Part shown: piece after piece, positions 51,653 through 61,110 of the stretch
Layout of the letters: the number at the start of each line of letters is the position of its first letter
Position numbering within the stretch: the first letter of the stretch is position 1
DNA from: Gammaproteobacteria bacterium
GTDB taxonomy: Bacteria > Pseudomonadota > Gammaproteobacteria > Eutrophobiales > Eutrophobiaceae
Assembly (NCBI GenBank): GCA_003250975.1
Contig: QKIY01000028.1
Location: 195,248 to 259,247 of the forward strand
Direction: 5' to 3'
Length of the DNA: 64,000 nucleotides
Notes under the pieces: generated by a model
The model's input: the letters and a program-made list of their open reading frames with translations, nothing else
Told to the model about the DNA's origin: nothing
Database searches by the model: none
Made by a program: the position numbers and the translations under genes

Positions 51653-52534
51653 ATGTCGGACGCACATAGCACTTATTTTATTCCTGAGCCAAGTCGCTGG
51701 CCGATCGTTGGCACACTGGCGCTTTTTGTCTCGTTCGTTGGCGGGGCGATAATGCTGAATGGTTCAGGTTTCGGCACTTTTATTCTTGGTCTTGGCGTCG
51801 CCGCGATCATTTATATGTTTTCAGGCTGGTTCGCGGATGTCATAGCAGAAAGCATTGCGGGTAAATATAACCAGCAGGTCGATGTCAGTTTCCGCTGGGG
51901 CATGAGCTGGTTTATCTTTTCCGAGGTGATGTTCTTTGCTGCCTTCTTCGGTGCCCTTTACTATGCAAGGCAGTTTTCAGTACCGTGGCTGGGCGGTGAA
52001 GGTGCCAAGCTGCTTACCCACGAATTGTTGTGGCCGGAGTTCTTTGCGGACTGGCCATTAATGGTAATTCCTGACCTCGAAGCCTTTGCGTCCTCGCTCT
52101 ACCATGAAGTTATCCCGGCATGGGGGATTCCTGCTATCAATACCGCCATACTGCTTTCCAGTGGTCTGACAGTGACCTTTGCGCACTGGTCGCTGAAGAA
52201 GAACAACCGCAAGGGCCTGTGCTGGTGGTTGTTTGCAACGGTTTTACTGGGCTTTATTTTCGTGTTCCTGCAAGCCGGTGAGTATATTCATTCGTATCAC
52301 GAGCTGAACGTGAAATTTGATTCAGGCATCTATGGGTCGACTTTCTTTATATTGACCGGTTTTCACGGTTTTCATGTCACGATGGGTGCCACCATGTTGA
52401 TGGTGATCCTGGCTCGGTCAATAAAAGGGCATTTCAGCGAACATAACCATTTTGCCTTTGAAGGTGTGGCCTGGTACTGGCATTTTGTGGACGTTGTCTG
52501 GCTGGGACTTTTTATATTTGTGTACTGGTTCTAA
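51653..52534 (+). CDS. coxC: Cytochrome c oxidase subunit III
   Basis: WFIFSEVMFF, TGFHGFHV, AWYWHFVDVVW. Confidence 0.97.
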   Translation: MSDAHSTYFIPEPSRWPIVGTLALFVSFVGGAIMLNGSGFGTFILGLGVAAIIYMFSGWFADVIAESIAGKYNQQVDVSFRWGMSWFIFSEVMFFAAFFGALYYARQFSVPWLGGEGAKLLTHELLWPEFFADWPLMVIPDLEAFASSLYHEVIPAWGIPAINTAILLSSGLTVTFAHWSLKKNNRKGLCWWLFATVLLGFIFVFLQAGEYIHSYHELNVKFDSGIYGSTFFILTGFHGFHVTMGATMLMVILARSIKGHFSEHNHFAFEGVAWYWHFVDVVWLGLFIFVYWF

Positions 52535-52579
52535 GCCGGGTTTTAACTGCCGGGCCATTGGATGGCGAGGCAATTAACG

Positions 52580-52610
52580 GAAAATGACACCCAAGGTGTC
52601 ATTTTCTTTT
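52580..52610 (+). terminator. Rho-independent terminator after coxC
   Basis: GAAAATGACACC-CAA-GGTGTCATTTTC followed by a T-run; lies between convergent genes. Confidence 0.75.
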
Positions 52611-52867
52611 TATGGCAAGGTCTTTTCTGTTTCAGTCGGCGGTTCTTCTGGCATGATGCCGTGAGGCTTGATCATACCGGTAACCAGCCCGACGAAGAGC
52701 AATACGAAAAGCAGGATGGAGAGCGTGATTCTGACGGTAAGTGATTTAACAGTATTATTCGACTGGCCCTTGTCGCGCACGAGAAAAAACATTCCCGAGG
52801 CCAGCGAGAAGATAATCACCACCAGCAAGGCAAATACAACTATCTTGAACAGGATGGGTAACGTCAT
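52610..52867 (-). CDS. Twin-transmembrane-helix small protein (DUF2909/HIG1-like)
   Basis: IIFSLASGMFFLVRDKG...VKSLTVRITLS...GMIKPHG; start reset to ATG 52867; conserved antisense position between coxC and SURF1. Confidence 0.85.
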   Translation of the reverse strand: MTLPILFKIVVFALLVVIIFSLASGMFFLVRDKGQSNNTVKSLTVRITLSILLFVLLFVGLVTGMIKPHGIMPEEPPTETEKTLP

Positions 52868-52945
52868 TTTTAAATCGTCTTGAAGGGAACGGTCTAAGAG
52901 TATACGCCCGATACCGCTATATGGCAGCAGGTAATAAAGACCGAG

Positions 52946-53680
52946 ATGATTACGCACGCTAAATACAGCTTCAAACCGGGACTCTGGCCATCGCTTGTGA
53001 CACTGCTGGTATTTCCCTGCCTGCTGGCGCTGGGTTTCTGGCAATTGGACCGGGCCGGCCAAAAGCGGGATATGTACCAGGCTTTTCTTGATAACCAGGC
53101 AGCTGAACCTCTGGACATCAGCTGGCTTGAGGCAAGGGATGACGGTACACCGTACTTTTGGCGCCACACGGTGGTTTCAGGGGCCTTTGATCCTGGCGTC
53201 CTCGTGTTCCTGGATAACCAGGTGCTGAACGGAACGACCGGGTATTTTGTTTACGCGTTGTTCAAACCTGAAAGCATGCGCGAAAGTATCCTGATCAACT
53301 TTGGCTGGATCGCCGCCGGCAATGATCGGCAATCACTGCCTGCGGTGCAGCTCCCCGTAGGCAAGGTATCGATCACGGGCGTTATCAAAGGTGTTCCACC
53401 GACCGGCATAGTGCTCGGAGAGGCCGTGCCGGAAAAGATACAAGAGAATTACAGGGTGCAGGCGATTGATATTGATCAGTTATCAAGTCTGCTGAATAGC
53501 GAGATGATGCCGTTTATCGTGCGGCTCGGGGCTGATTCGGCATACGGTCTGACACGCCAATGGAGCCTGCCCGGCTCGGGCGAGGCTAAACACTTGGGCT
53601 ACGCGTTCCAGTGGTTCGCACTGGCCGCGACGCTGATCATCATTTACCTGGTGGTTAATCTGCGTAAAGAGAAAGAATAG
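52946..53680 (+). CDS. SURF1-family cytochrome oxidase biogenesis protein
   Basis: LGFWQLDRA, FLDNQV, LINFGW, KHLGYAFQWF. Confidence 0.92.
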   Translation: MITHAKYSFKPGLWPSLVTLLVFPCLLALGFWQLDRAGQKRDMYQAFLDNQAAEPLDISWLEARDDGTPYFWRHTVVSGAFDPGVLVFLDNQVLNGTTGYFVYALFKPESMRESILINFGWIAAGNDRQSLPAVQLPVGKVSITGVIKGVPPTGIVLGEAVPEKIQENYRVQAIDIDQLSSLLNSEMMPFIVRLGADSAYGLTRQWSLPGSGEAKHLGYAFQWFALAATLIIIYLVVNLRKEKE

Positions 53681-53683
53681 TTG

Positions 53684-54286
53684 ATGTCTGAACAGCACAA
53701 GAATACATGGCGGTCCCGTCTGACGATCATCGTGATCGTTGCGTTTTTTGTATTGCCGATCCTTGTCTCCTGGTTCCTGGTTTTCTTCACAGATTACGGA
53801 CGCGATAGCGTAGGCACACAACACGGTGTTTTGATTAATCCGCCGCGGCAATTGCAGGACGTGCAATTGACCGATCCCCTCACGGGGGAGAAAACCGCGC
53901 TTTATGAGAAGTGGACGCTGTTCCTGCCGGTAAGCGGTGACTGTGATCAAACCTGCCGGGATAATCTTTATGCCGTCAGGCAGATCCGGCTGGCCATGGG
54001 CAAGGAGATGCAACGTATGCAGCGGGCAAGTTATTTTCAGGGCAGGGATCAAATTGAGAATGTAGATACGCTATTTGCGGATTATGCCGGGCACCTGGTG
54101 TTATTTGCAAAGGACGTGAATGCAGACTTTGCGGCCAAGTTGCGGATCGAAAGCCTGGACACCACAAATGCCATGTATCTGATCGACCCCGCCGGATTTG
54201 TTGTGATCTGTTACCCAGAGGGCTCAAACCCTTCCGGGATCATCAAGGACCTGAAACGCCTGTTAAGGATTTCAAAACTGGATTGA
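53684..54286 (+). CDS. Membrane-anchored SCO-like (thioredoxin-fold) oxidase assembly protein
   Basis: N-terminal TM, HGVLINPP, CDQTC (CXXXC), LIDPAG, KDLKRLLRIS. Confidence 0.75.
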   Translation: MSEQHKNTWRSRLTIIVIVAFFVLPILVSWFLVFFTDYGRDSVGTQHGVLINPPRQLQDVQLTDPLTGEKTALYEKWTLFLPVSGDCDQTCRDNLYAVRQIRLAMGKEMQRMQRASYFQGRDQIENVDTLFADYAGHLVLFAKDVNADFAAKLRIESLDTTNAMYLIDPAGFVVICYPEGSNPSGIIKDLKRLLRISKLD

Positions 54287-54290
54287 GAAG

Positions 54291-55298
54291 GTGATAAGCA
54301 AAACACTTTTTACGGGGATGGCCAGGCTGACGTTACTGCTCGGGTTTGTGGTTGTCGTGCTGGGCGCCTATGTGCGCCTTTCAGACGCGGGCCTGGGTTG
54401 CCCGGACTGGCCGGGCTGTTACGGCGAGATGGTTGTGACCGACAGGATATCGGAGAACGGGCACCTGTACCCGGAGCGTCCCTTCGAAAGCCACAAGGCC
54501 TGGAAGGAGATGGTCCACCGCTATGCCGCTGGTAGCCTGGGGCTACTTATCTTTGCTATGGCATTTTTCTCGTGGCGTAAACGGGACGAGTTCAGGGTTC
54601 GGCCGGCCATACCGATCGTGCTTGCTGTCCTTGTGATCTTCCAGGCCTTGCTGGGCATGTGGACCGTCACCCTGTTGCTGAAGCCGGTAGTCGTCATGGC
54701 GCACTTGCTGGGCGGGCTGACTATCCTCTCCCTGCTGTTCTGGTTCAATCTGCGCCTGATAAGCACCGACAGGCCTGCGGATACGGCGCAATCCACACTG
54801 CTTTCCTGGGCCATCGCCGGCCTCGTTATCGTAATCCTGCAGATTTCCCTCGGCGGCTGGACCAGTGCCAACTACGCGGCCCTGATCTGTCCCGATTTCC
54901 CGGTCTGCCAGGGCAGCTGGTGGCCACCCATGGATTTCAGCGAGGGTTTTATCCTGTGGCGCGGGCTCGGCATCGATTATGAGGGTGGCGTTCTGCCGGC
55001 CGATGCCCGCACCGCCATACACATGAGTCACCGTATCGGTGCGCTGGTAACGGTCCTGGTGATCGGGACGACCGCGATACGCCTCATGCGTGGTACCGAC
55101 GGGTCCTTGCGCCTGACCGGCGTCGTGATGCTGTTTGTCCTGCTTCTGCAAGTGCTTTTGGGGGTCTCGAATGTCCTGCTACGCTTGCCATTGCCCATCG
55201 CGGTAGCACATAACGGGGTTGCCGCGTTATTATTACTGACCCTGGTGGCGTTCCTGTACCAGGCAGTCGTCCCGAATTCATCTAGGAGAACATTGTGA
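54291..55298 (+). CDS. ctaA: Heme A synthase COX15/CtaA
   Basis: LGAYVRLSDAGLGCPDWPGC, EMVHRY, HLLGG, HMSHR, AHNGVA. Confidence 0.95.
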   Translation: MISKTLFTGMARLTLLLGFVVVVLGAYVRLSDAGLGCPDWPGCYGEMVVTDRISENGHLYPERPFESHKAWKEMVHRYAAGSLGLLIFAMAFFSWRKRDEFRVRPAIPIVLAVLVIFQALLGMWTVTLLLKPVVVMAHLLGGLTILSLLFWFNLRLISTDRPADTAQSTLLSWAIAGLVIVILQISLGGWTSANYAALICPDFPVCQGSWWPPMDFSEGFILWRGLGIDYEGGVLPADARTAIHMSHRIGALVTVLVIGTTAIRLMRGTDGSLRLTGVVMLFVLLLQVLLGVSNVLLRLPLPIAVAHNGVAALLLLTLVAFLYQAVVPNSSRRTL

Positions 55299-56209
55299 GT
55301 AACCAGTCCGACATTGCCGTGCAGATTTCAAGCTGGCGTGACTATCTGGCCCTGTGTAAGCCCAAGATAGTTTCGCTGATCGTGTTCACGGCGGTCGTGG
55401 GGATGTTCATGGCGACACCCGGCATGGTGCCATTGAATGCCCTGGTCTTCGGGACTCTGGGTATTGCGCTCGCCGCCGCCTCAGCCGCGGCGATTAACCA
55501 TGTGGTGGATCATCGAATTGATTCCATCATGGCGCGCACCATGCGCAGGCCGCTGCCCAGGGGGAATGTCAGCCTGCAAAATGCAGTTATCTTCGCCTTC
55601 TTTCTCTGCGCCCTGTCGATGATCATCCTGACCTGGTTCGTCAACCTGCTGACAGCGGTGCTGACGGTGTTTTCTCTTATCGGTTACGGTTTTATCTACT
55701 CCATGTTTCTCAAGCGTGCCACGCCGCAGAACATCGTGATCGGCGGAGCGGCCGGTGCTGCGCCTCCGGTGCTGGGCTGGACGGCGGTCACCGGCACGCT
55801 GGACCCGTATTCACTGCTGTTGTTCCTGATTATCTTTGCCTGGACGCCCCCGCATTTCTGGGCCCTGGCCATTTACCGCTGGAAGGATTACCAGAGCGTC
55901 AATATACCCATGCTGCCGGTTACGCATGGCACTGATTTTACCCGTCTGCATATCCTGCTCTATACCATTGTGCTGTTTATCATCACGCTGTTTCCTTACC
56001 TCACGGTCATGAGCGGCCTGGTGTATCTGGTCGGCGCGATATTACTGGGCGGCGGGTTTTTGTATTACGCGATCAGGATGCAGTTTGACAAGAGCGACCG
56101 GCTGGCGATGAAAACCTTTTCCTATTCCATTGTTTACTTGATGGCGTTGTTTGCCTTGCTGTTGATTGATCATTACGTGCCGTTGATAGTTTCCATTATT
56201 TCCGGGTAA
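55295..56209 (+). CDS. cyoE: Protoheme IX farnesyltransferase (heme O synthase)
   Basis: D.RID..MART..RPL, LKRATPQNIVIGGAAGA, WTPPHFWALA. Confidence 0.97.
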   Translation: MSNQSDIAVQISSWRDYLALCKPKIVSLIVFTAVVGMFMATPGMVPLNALVFGTLGIALAAASAAAINHVVDHRIDSIMARTMRRPLPRGNVSLQNAVIFAFFLCALSMIILTWFVNLLTAVLTVFSLIGYGFIYSMFLKRATPQNIVIGGAAGAAPPVLGWTAVTGTLDPYSLLLFLIIFAWTPPHFWALAIYRWKDYQSVNIPMLPVTHGTDFTRLHILLYTIVLFIITLFPYLTVMSGLVYLVGAILLGGGFLYYAIRMQFDKSDRLAMKTFSYSIVYLMALFALLLIDHYVPLIVSIISG

Positions 56210-56277
56210 TTTATGCCCCTGGATCATCCGGGTTAACATAACCTGATTTCGAAGCGCACAATAAAAAGAGGAAAACA

Positions 56278-56664
56278 ATGTCTCTTATGATTCCTATGTC
56301 GTGTGGAGAACTGCTCGATAAGCTGACGATACTCTCTATAAAGAAGGAGAGGATAAACGACAAGGACAAACTCAAGAATATCAATAAAGAGTTTGATCAG
56401 CTTACGCAGATCTACGAAGAACAGGTTGATAAGAGCGTCGAGCTGGACGGGCTGGTTGCAGATCTGCGTGAAGTCAATGAAAGACTCTGGGATATTGAAG
56501 ATGAGATCAGGGCATGTGAGAAGCAAAAGGACTTTGGGGAACGGTTTATTGAACTGGCTCGCTCTGTTTATATTAGTAATGACAGGCGTGCAAAACTGAA
56601 ATACCAGATAAATTCCCTCTCAGGATCTGAACTGGTCGAAGAGAAGTCGTACGAAGATTATTAG
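56278..56664 (+). CDS. DUF6165-like coiled-coil protein
   Basis: GELLDKLTIL.IK.ERI, VNERLWDIEDEIR, FIELARSVY..ND.RA.LK..IN, EEKSY. Confidence 0.75.
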   Translation: MSLMIPMSCGELLDKLTILSIKKERINDKDKLKNINKEFDQLTQIYEEQVDKSVELDGLVADLREVNERLWDIEDEIRACEKQKDFGERFIELARSVYISNDRRAKLKYQINSLSGSELVEEKSYEDY

Positions 56665-57584
56665 TGAGGTCGATACTTGTCATCAAGTTGAGTGCACTGG
56701 GTGATGTGGTACAGACCAGTGGTGCCATTCGTGATATCCGGGAACACCATCCCCATGATCGTATTACTGTATTGACGACTCCCCCATACCGGCGTTTTAT
56801 GGAAAAGTGCCCCTGGGTAGATGATGTTTTGATTGATCGCCGCCCGTCCCTGCTCAATCTTCCTGGCATACTGAAATTACGAAAGGACCTGCGCGCAGGC
56901 CTTTTCGATCGTGTGTATGATTTGCAGCAAAGACGCAGGACGCGGCTTTATCGCCGGTGGTTTCTGCCTGCTGTTGAGTGGTGTGGTGATGTAAAAGGCG
57001 GCATGGTCTACCTGAAGCAGGATGAAGTAAAAACCTTTGCCCAGGATCGACTGGCGCGCATGCTGAAGCTCGCCGGTATAGTCCCGCGCCACACTCTGAA
57101 GAACGACGCATCGTGGATGGCTGATCCGGTTGAGGATATTCTTGCCGAGGCTGGATTAAAGGATGCTTTCATCGTCCTTTTTCCCGGCGCATCGGCGGCG
57201 CATCCCGAGAAGCGCTGGCCCTACTTCAAGGAACTTGCTGAGCGATTACAGTCGCATGGCAAGCAGGTTGTTACCATCCCCGGCCCCGACGAGCTGGAAC
57301 TCTGCCGATCGCTCCCGGGTAAGATGCTGGTACCGGAGAATGGCTATTATGATTTTTTCAAGCTAGCCGGGATCGTTAAACACGCGCGCTATATCATTGG
57401 CAACGACACAGGGCCGACACACATTGCAGCGAACGTCGGCTGTCAAGGCCTTGCGTTATATGGAGGGCATGCCAAACCCGAGTGGACGGGGATCCAACTC
57501 ACGGGTTTTTCGTGGTTGCAGGAGGAAAACCTTGCGGACCTGAGTGTCGATACCGTCTGGGAAAAGATATCCGGATTAATATGA
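56664..57584 (+). CDS. GT9 (heptosyltransferase-like) glycosyltransferase
   Basis: ILVIKLSALGD, VYDLQ, KRWP, GNDTGPTHIAA; GTG start overlaps the upstream stop. Confidence 0.9.
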   Translation: MRSILVIKLSALGDVVQTSGAIRDIREHHPHDRITVLTTPPYRRFMEKCPWVDDVLIDRRPSLLNLPGILKLRKDLRAGLFDRVYDLQQRRRTRLYRRWFLPAVEWCGDVKGGMVYLKQDEVKTFAQDRLARMLKLAGIVPRHTLKNDASWMADPVEDILAEAGLKDAFIVLFPGASAAHPEKRWPYFKELAERLQSHGKQVVTIPGPDELELCRSLPGKMLVPENGYYDFFKLAGIVKHARYIIGNDTGPTHIAANVGCQGLALYGGHAKPEWTGIQLTGFSWLQEENLADLSVDTVWEKISGLI

Positions 57585-57650
57585 TTTTGTGAATTGGAAG
57601 ATAGCAAGAAATATTTTGTTAGTTTGATGTTTTAGTTGGATATAAAAAAT

Positions 57651-58385
57651 TTAATAATCACATTTAAAAAAGTAATCATTTGAACCAGAATATTGTTCAG
57701 CCTTTGACAGATTTCCATCCTTATCCATCAGAAATGAGTGATATCCATATTCACTAAGGAACCGCCAGATATCATCCGGTTTGTAATTCATTCTGGCCGC
57801 CAGGCTTTCGTCAATTTCCAAATATAATATTGGCCTGAATTTTTTTAATACATTTTGTGCGCCACGTAGTACTAGTAATTCACTTCCTTCCACATCGATT
57901 TTAATAAAGTCGATTTTATTGATGGAATTCTTCTCAATATAAGAATCAAGCGTAACGGTTCTTATTTTTTCGGAAATATAATCACGTGAAGCTTCCGCTC
58001 CAAAATGTGAAAGGCCTATTCCGAGCTTTCCACTTTCTTTCACGGGAATAATTATTTCCTGTTCGCCATTAGTCTCTGATAATGCAAGATGCTCAATTTT
58101 CACGTTTGGCAGCTTGCCCACTATTAATTTCAGTATTGAATGGCAATAGTCAACTGGTTCAAAAGCGATTACCAGTACACTGTGGTCATGTATCATGGCA
58201 TATTCTTTGGTTAAATATCCAAAGTGTGCGCCAACTTCAATAACCACGCCGTTTTGCCGAATATGTTTAGACATGGCCATAACACGTGGCCTCTCCTTGT
58301 GTTTGTAGCGAGCCTTCAAATAATGGAGAAGCCAGGCAAATTTTTGCTTCGGATTTTTATAAACTTTTGTTCTATCCAGTTGCAT
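57651..58385 (-). CDS. FkbM-family SAM methyltransferase
   Basis: IEVGAHFGY, VIAFEP, TLDSY, IDFIKIDVEGSEL.VL.GA; visibly AT-rich. Confidence 0.9.
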   Translation of the reverse strand: MQLDRTKVYKNPKQKFAWLLHYLKARYKHKERPRVMAMSKHIRQNGVVIEVGAHFGYLTKEYAMIHDHSVLVIAFEPVDYCHSILKLIVGKLPNVKIEHLALSETNGEQEIIIPVKESGKLGIGLSHFGAEASRDYISEKIRTVTLDSYIEKNSINKIDFIKIDVEGSELLVLRGAQNVLKKFRPILYLEIDESLAARMNYKPDDIWRFLSEYGYHSFLMDKDGNLSKAEQYSGSNDYFFKCDY

Positions 58386-58449
58386 AATGCATGGCTTGTT
58401 TATTGAATCAACAGCTTTTTAATATCATAAATTATACACTTCTTGTGTA

Positions 58450-59184
58450 TCAGAGAATTTCTTCAAGGAATGCCAGAAAGCGTTTCCACGATGCCTTGTC
58501 GGCGTCCTCGCGGTAGCGGTCCGAACCATACACGGTAAAGGCATGAGGGGCGCCCGCATAGGTGATCATCTCGTGTGCAACACCGTACTGTTCCAGTTCG
58601 GACTTTAGTTCATTAAAGTCATCCATGGTCACGGCCGTGTCGGCCTCGCCGTGAAAAACCAGCACCTTTCCGCTGGTACGGCTGTAGTCCTGTCCTTCCG
58701 GTGTCTTGAGGCCGCCGTGAAAGGTCACAAAACCCTTCATGGGTGCGCCGGAACGCGCCAGTTCTAGTACGGCGGCGCCACCGAAACAGTAGCCCATCGC
58801 AACGGCATTACCGATATTTGCGCCCCTGCTTATAGCGGCATCGATCGCCCCGATCATGAGTGCACGCATTTTATTCCGGTTTTTATACAGCTCGCCGGTA
58901 TGCAGTCGCTTGTCCCTATCCTCAGTGGGCCGTACACCCTTGCCGTACAGGTCCGCCGCAAATACGGCATAGCCTTTTTCCGCCAGCATGTCTGCACGCT
59001 TGATCTCGTAATCCGTCAGTCCGTCCCAGTCATGCAGTAACAGGATAAAGGGTGCGCCGGGTGACGGATTGTTGTAATAACCTTCATAGGTCACGCCGTT
59101 AACTTTATATAATACGGTTTCCCCTGCTGCATGCACGGAGGAGGTGATGGTCAGGAAAATCAAGGATAAGAATATTGATCTCAT
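58450..59184 (-). CDS. Exported dienelactone hydrolase family protein
   Basis: Signal peptide; HDWDGL, GYCFGG, FHGGL, HGEAD, APHAFT. Confidence 0.92.
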   Translation of the reverse strand: MRSIFLSLIFLTITSSVHAAGETVLYKVNGVTYEGYYNNPSPGAPFILLLHDWDGLTDYEIKRADMLAEKGYAVFAADLYGKGVRPTEDRDKRLHTGELYKNRNKMRALMIGAIDAAISRGANIGNAVAMGYCFGGAAVLELARSGAPMKGFVTFHGGLKTPEGQDYSRTSGKVLVFHGEADTAVTMDDFNELKSELEQYGVAHEMITYAGAPHAFTVYGSDRYREDADKASWKRFLAFLEEIL

Positions 59185-59293
59185 GATGTGCTCCCTATTT
59201 TTCCGGTTTTTTCAATATGAAAGTTGATGATTTGATTAGTTTCAACTCCCGCTATTCTGAAGATGTCGCCATCGACTGCTTCAAGCAGAGTTA

Positions 59294-60433
59294 TTAAAAA
59301 TCGTAAGAGACCCCAAACATAATACGATAATCGTCTTTTTCGGGGATCGTGCCATCATCGGCTTCAGTGGGGTTATTGATGTGGTCCCAAATGAATGAAA
59401 TGTCTAGGTCAAAGGACTTGATTAGGTCGATTTCAACCGAGGTGACAAGGTGGTGCGTATAGCCACCTGATTCCTGGTTTACCCAGGTTATCTGGTAATT
59501 GAATAGATAATCGATCCAGTTGGTTAGCTCGGTATCAAAATCCGTTCCCAGGACCAGCGCGGGAGTGGTTTCCTTGTCGTCCTCACCCGGCAGTACGCTT
59601 TCAAAACGGGTTTCCTGGTAACCTGGGCCGCCGACAATGCCCCATTCCGTCTTGCTGGTGTCAATAAGGGTATAACCTACGCCGGTACCGATAGTAACTT
59701 TGTAATCGATGTTTTGAAAAGGATCGCGAAAATATTCTCCAAACAGTGGGCGAACGAAAAAGCGGCGTGTAATGAAAATATCGTATGAGCCGGTCACGCG
59801 GTGATTGTTACTGGTCTCGTCTCCCGAGGTTGAAGATATATTTCCGATATAGTCCATGATATATCGTGAAAAGGATGTCTCTCTCTTGATCTTTGTCTTG
59901 GCTGTATAATCTACCTGGTCGGTATTGCCGCTCCTGACATTGAGGCCAAGTGTAAATTTGGCCGTCCAGAAATCTTTCTCTTCTTCTCCACCAGTGATAA
60001 ACGAGACGATAAGTGATCGATCGTATTCCTCGACGCGCCCGTCATTTGTGACGACAATCTTGTCAGGTGTGATTTCAAAATAACCATATACGTTCCCGTT
60101 ACCTTCCAGCTTCGCACTGCCTGGAATGTGCGTCTTGACATAGCTGACATCTTCCCAGTCGATATTCAGTAAACCCAGTTTGTCACTGTCAAATTCAAGC
60201 GACTTGTTGTAAAGGCCCTTAATCTCCCCCTTGAGCCATTCGCCGGAGGTCAGCTGCACCCAGTCATACTTGGTCGCTACGGGCCGTGCGTTCTCCCAGG
60301 CGGCCGCGGCATCAGGGTTTGCTTCATCGGGATCAGAGAGAGTATTGCCCGGAGTGTTCCCGGCATATGCACAGGAAATAAAAAGCAGGCAGATTAGTAA
60401 TAACGATGTATAAAAAAAACGTTCAGACGACAC
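59294..60433 (-). CDS. DUF481-type outer-membrane beta-barrel with N-terminal extension
   Basis: Signal peptide, DWVQLTSGEWLKG domain, SGNTDQ, RDPFQNI, C-terminal GVSYDF. Confidence 0.75.
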   Translation of the reverse strand: MSSERFFYTSLLLICLLFISCAYAGNTPGNTLSDPDEANPDAAAAWENARPVATKYDWVQLTSGEWLKGEIKGLYNKSLEFDSDKLGLLNIDWEDVSYVKTHIPGSAKLEGNGNVYGYFEITPDKIVVTNDGRVEEYDRSLIVSFITGGEEEKDFWTAKFTLGLNVRSGNTDQVDYTAKTKIKRETSFSRYIMDYIGNISSTSGDETSNNHRVTGSYDIFITRRFFVRPLFGEYFRDPFQNIDYKVTIGTGVGYTLIDTSKTEWGIVGGPGYQETRFESVLPGEDDKETTPALVLGTDFDTELTNWIDYLFNYQITWVNQESGGYTHHLVTSVEIDLIKSFDLDISFIWDHINNPTEADDGTIPEKDDYRIMFGVSYDF

Positions 60434-60532
60434 GACTATTATTCGAATTATCTGGAGTAGCCCTTATTATGCATCAAGATCGCCTATTATGTCTTCCCCG
60501 CTTAACAGTTAGGTCAGTTAAATCAAACTCTC

Positions 60533-60958
60533 TTATTCAAGGATGAGGGGCTTTTCTCCCGCGCGGCGGCGTAACCAGTCAACCGCGCGGTGTACTGGCC
60601 GTATTCGGATCAGGCACCGCTCCAGGCGGTATTTACCCGGGAAATTTAAAAAGATGATGCCCAGCAGTATGGTTAACAGACCCTGTCCCGGCAATACCAG
60701 CATGGCAACACCGAGTATGACAAATACAAGTCCAACAAGATTTTTTATCACCAGCAGTATCCAGCGAGTCAGCGGGTGCCGGCCGGACCAGGGGGTGGGA
60801 TGCCGTTTTTCCTCCGCGAAATAGTCGACAGGAATACGTACTACCAGCAAGGGAATGACCAGTAACGAGACACAGAACGTTACCACAGAGATAACACCCA
60901 GGGTCCACAAAAGCGGCTCGTTACTGCCGACTGATTTTAGAAAATCGATGAGAGGCAA
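60533..60958 (-). CDS. PGPGW-domain membrane protein
   Basis: RIPVDYF, KNLVG, MLVLPGQGLLTIL, FPGKYRLE. Confidence 0.8.
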   Translation of the reverse strand: MPLIDFLKSVGSNEPLLWTLGVISVVTFCVSLLVIPLLVVRIPVDYFAEEKRHPTPWSGRHPLTRWILLVIKNLVGLVFVILGVAMLVLPGQGLLTILLGIIFLNFPGKYRLERCLIRIRPVHRAVDWLRRRAGEKPLILE

Positions 60959-61110
60959 GAATGCTCCTTCAATGTTCTCAGGTTATGAAGATATGATTAT
61001 GAATTCCAAAATTGGTTTCGTTTTGCCTGGTGGTCATGGCAATTTGTTTATTATCTGTTATCCACTACACTAATTATAAGGTGATCAACTCTAAATAACG
61101 CTTAAATACC

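Noticed and set aside
52868-53167. 100-aa N-terminal extension of the DUF2909 protein
   Set aside because: Overlaps SURF1 antisense; the family is about 70-85 aa and an ATG at 52867 fits.
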